In this document: positions 61,489 through 64,000 of the stretch, one piece after another
Layout of the letters: each line of letters begins with the position of its first letter
How positions within the stretch are numbered: position 1 is the first letter of the stretch
IMG/VR virus record: IMGVR_UViG_3300042465_005589
Span: 248,001 to 312,000 of that record
DNA length: 64,000 nt
Strand: one strand, 5' to 3'
Notes under the pieces: generated by a model
What the model saw: the letters and a program-made list of their open reading frames with translations, nothing else
What the model was told of the DNA's origin: nothing
Databases searched by the model: none
Position numbers and translations under genes: made by a program

Positions 61489-61941
61489 ATGGCAATATAT
61501 TGGTTTACAGGTCAGCCCGGAGCAGGTAAGACCACATTAGCAAAACAACTTAAAGATTATCTACACCCAAGTAATGTAATGCTTGTTGATGGAGATGACA
61601 TTAGAGATGTGTTTCAGAATAAAGATTACTCTGAAAATGGCAGAAGAAAAAATATTGAGAAAGCACAAGACATCTCATTATTTTTAGATTCAAAAGGATT
61701 TGATGTAATAGTTTCATTAGTATCTCCTTATAAAGACCAACGTGATGAATTTAAAAACAAACATAATGTTTTAGAGTTTTACATTCACACCGAAGATATT
61801 AGAGGAAGAGAAGATTATCACGTATCTAACTATGAACCACCAACTGAAAATTTTGTGGATGTGGATACAACAAATGTTATTGAACAAATCTCTATAGGAA
61901 TAATTATAAATAAAATTAATGAATATAAATTAAATGGATAA
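61489..61941 (+). CDS. cysC: Adenylylsulfate (APS) kinase
   Basis: WFTGQPGAGKTT, VDGDDIR, YSENGRRKN, VSLVSPY, YEPP. Confidence 0.9.
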   Translation: MAIYWFTGQPGAGKTTLAKQLKDYLHPSNVMLVDGDDIRDVFQNKDYSENGRRKNIEKAQDISLFLDSKGFDVIVSLVSPYKDQRDEFKNKHNVLEFYIHTEDIRGREDYHVSNYEPPTENFVDVDTTNVIEQISIGIIINKINEYKLNG

Positions 61942-62344
61942 TTGGGAAAGAAAAACACACGTACAAGCAGCATTCGCTTCATCATCGTCAAATAAAAAAT
62001 ATTCAATGTTTGTAGGTAGATGGCAACCGTGGCATCATGGTCATAGAGCATTAATTGACCAACAATTGAATAGAGATAAAAATATCCTACTATGTGTTAG
62101 AGATGTTGAAATTGATGATAAAAATCCGTTTTCAACAGAATGGGTTATTGAAAACTTAAACAAAGAATTAAAAGACCTAATTGATGAAGGAAGATTAGTG
62201 ATTCAGGTTATTCCGGATATAGAAAGTGTTAATATTGGTAGAGGTGTTGGATATGATGTTTATGAACATTTCCCTCCTGAGGATATTAAAAACATTTCTG
62301 CAACAAAAATTAGAGAACAAATGAAAAAAGACGGTAAACTATAA
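61934..62344 (+). CDS. Small HIGH-family nucleotidyltransferase (candidate minimal ATP sulfurylase)
   Basis: GRWQPWHHGH and ISATKIRE; coupled to cysC. Confidence 0.75.
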   Translation: MDNWERKTHVQAAFASSSSNKKYSMFVGRWQPWHHGHRALIDQQLNRDKNILLCVRDVEIDDKNPFSTEWVIENLNKELKDLIDEGRLVIQVIPDIESVNIGRGVGYDVYEHFPPEDIKNISATKIREQMKKDGKL

Positions 62345-62559
62345 TGGTAGAAGTAAAACGACACATAGGTAAAGCCGTTAGTTATAGAATGTTAGGGACA
62401 TTACAAACCTGTATAATCTCATACTTATTTACAGGAAATTTTTTGATTTCAGGTAGTATCGGATTAACAGAATTATGTATAAAACCATTAATATATTTCC
62501 TACACGAAAGAGTGTGGTATAAATGGATAAAGTTTGGATTAAAAGAAAATAAAGAATAA
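62344..62559 (+). CDS. DUF2061-like small membrane protein
   Basis: RHIGKAVSYR...IYFLHERVW signature. Confidence 0.8.
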   Translation: MVEVKRHIGKAVSYRMLGTLQTCIISYLFTGNFLISGSIGLTELCIKPLIYFLHERVWYKWIKFGLKENKE

Positions 62560-62560
62560 T

Positions 62561-62596
62561 ATGAATGTAATTTTTCAAATCAAACTATTTATATAA
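62561..62596 (+). pseudogene. Stranded original 5' end of the GT9 gene
   Basis: ATGAATGTAATTTTTCAAATC (MNVIFQI) versus ATGAATGTAATATTTTCTATA (MNVIFSI) at 63307. Confidence 0.7.
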
Positions 62597-62611
62597 TAAA
62601 ATAAGTTTAAA

Positions 62612-63310
62612 ATGGAAAATAATATTTGTGTTTATTTACATAAAAAACCTAATGGTGATATATTTTATGTGGGAATTGGGACTAATAAAAGACCTTATGA
62701 AAAATTTAGAAAAAATGTATATTGGAAAAATATAACAAATAAATACCCTAATTATATTATTGAAATAATTGAAGAAAATTTAACTTGGGAAGATGCCTGT
62801 ATTATTGAAAAACAATTAATTAGAAAATACGGTAGAAAATGTGATGGTGGTATATTATGTAATATAACTTTAGGTGGTGATGGGGTTTATGGTTTAAAAC
62901 ATTCTCAAGAAACTAAAGAAAAATTAAAAAAATTATCAACCGGAAATAAAAATTGTGTTGGATTTAAACATACTGAAATAACTAAAGTAAATATGAGTAA
63001 ATCTCATTTAGGTAAAATAACACCAAAAGAAGTTAGAGAAAAAATGTCAAAAACTCATTTAGGTAGACCAGGTAGAGAATCAGATAAATTAAATGTTAAA
63101 AAGGCACATATTAAAAATATAGGTAGAGTTCAAAATGAGGATGAAAAAGAAAAAAGAGCCAAAAAATTATGTAAACCAATTGAGGTTAATGGTGTAATAT
63201 ATGAATCAATAAAACAATATTCTGAAATAACTAATATTAACCGAAGTAAAGTTTGGCGAAATTTAAAAGACGAAAAAAATAAAAACTACAAATACATAAA
63301 TAAAAAATGA
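62612..63310 (+). mobile_element. GIY-YIG homing endonuclease with NUMOD3 repeats
   Basis: CVYLH...FYVGIG..R..E..N; repeated KHSQETKEKL / KHTEITKVNMS / EVREKMSK. Confidence 0.88.
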
Positions 63311-64000
63311 ATGTAATATTTTCTATAGAAGGTGGATTAGGAAAATCCATAATGGGTACGGCAGTATTAAAAGCAATAAAAAAACAATATAGTAAAGCTA
63401 ACATAATTGTTGTTAGTAGTTATCCGGATGTCTTTATTGGTAATCCAAACGTTAATAAAGTTTTGACTCACGAAACAATGAGTGGGATATATGAAAAATA
63501 TATCATGGGTAAAGAAGCAAAAGTATTTGTTTCTGACCCATACTCAACTTCAGATTATATTACCGAAGAAAAACATCTAATTCAGTTATGGTGTGAAATG
63601 TATGGTCTAAATTACAATGGTGAAAAACCTGAATTATTTATAAGTAAAGCCGAAAAACAATACTTTGAAGGGTTCTATAAGTTAGATAAACCAATTATGG
63701 TTATTCAACCTCATGGGGGTGCATTTAACCAACCGTTAAAATATAGTTGGACAAGAGATATACCTCAACCAATTATGCAAGACATTATAAATCATTTTGC
63801 AAATGATTACGCTATCTTACACGTTAAACGAGAAGACCAAATTATTTACGAAAATACGTTCCAAGCATTAGATTCATTTAGAAGTATTGCTGTATTATTG
63901 AGTATGGCAACAAAACGATTATTAATCGATAGTAGTGTTATGCACATTGCGACGGCATTAAATTTACCATCAGTGGTGACTTGGGTTGGGACAAATCCGG
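63307..64000 (+). CDS. GT9 (heptosyltransferase-like) glycosyltransferase, truncated at the window edge
   Basis: Not in the track. MNVIFSIEGGLGKSIMGTAVLKAIKKQY..YPDVFIGNPNV...IDSSVMHIATALNLPSVVTWVGTNP. Confidence 0.85.
   Translation, partial: MNVIFSIEGGLGKSIMGTAVLKAIKKQYSKANIIVVSSYPDVFIGNPNVNKVLTHETMSGIYEKYIMGKEAKVFVSDPYSTSDYITEEKHLIQLWCEMYGLNYNGEKPELFISKAEKQYFEGFYKLDKPIMVIQPHGGAFNQPLKYSWTRDIPQPIMQDIINHFANDYAILHVKREDQIIYENTFQALDSFRSIAVLLSMATKRLLIDSSVMHIATALNLPSVVTWVGTNP

Noticed and set aside
5361-62051. The many 60-120 aa antisense or alternate-frame ORFs in the track
   Set aside because: They are shadows of long genes with biased codon usage, with no motifs or leaders.
1-64000. Stop-codon reassignment as in some jumbo phages
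   Set aside because: Long core genes are intact in the standard code; TAG (4410, 11592, 13076) and TGA (39237, 63310) act as stops.
1-64000. CRISPR array, tRNA or rRNA genes
   Set aside because: Intergenic gaps are short; no repeat-spacer array or cloverleaf was seen by eye. tRNAscan/Rfam were not run.
48579-64000. Host LPS/capsule locus or chimeric assembly
   Set aside because: No Wzx/Wzy/ABC export or sugar-nucleotide synthesis genes in view; same composition and TATTTAT motif as the phage genes, and it contains a phage-type homing endonuclease.

Overview
A 64 kb AT-rich segment of a large T4-like myovirus (jumbo phage) using the standard genetic code. A-rich leaders without Shine-Dalgarno sequences suggest a Bacteroidota host (inference). 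The left ~40 kb, almost all minus strand, interleaves baseplate, tail and neck genes (gp6, gp25, hub, gp53, gp48, tape measure, gp26/51, tube, sheath, gp15, gp14) with a replication block (nrdAB, DnaB-like helicase, 5'-3' exonuclease, RecA/UvsX, gp32-like SSB). The middle has an SNF2 helicase, gp13 and a family B DNA polymerase. The best candidate for an undescribed system is a divergent island at about 47.6-64 kb. It contains a GT60-like polypeptide GlcNAc transferase, several GT-A enzymes, and a 1447 aa five-domain methyl/glycosyltransferase ending in an AAH/TibC-like protein heptosyltransferase. It also has a FkbM methyltransferase, a sulfotransferase, an APS kinase, a tiny nucleotidyltransferase, DUF2061 and a GT9, and it sits beside Thr/Pro mucin-like putative virion proteins. 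I infer a phage-encoded pathway that builds sulfated, methylated O-glycans on the virion. Other sequence-level observations: a likely +1 frameshift (UUU_CGG) joining the gp26- and gp51-like chaperone frames; a GIY-YIG insertion that stranded and replaced the 5' end of the GT9 gene; two unannotated ribbon-helix-helix genes with operator-like palindromes; two promoter classes; and an orphan antisense promoter followed by 15-bp-periodic repeats (candidate origin). All family assignments come from motif recognition by eye; no searches were run.
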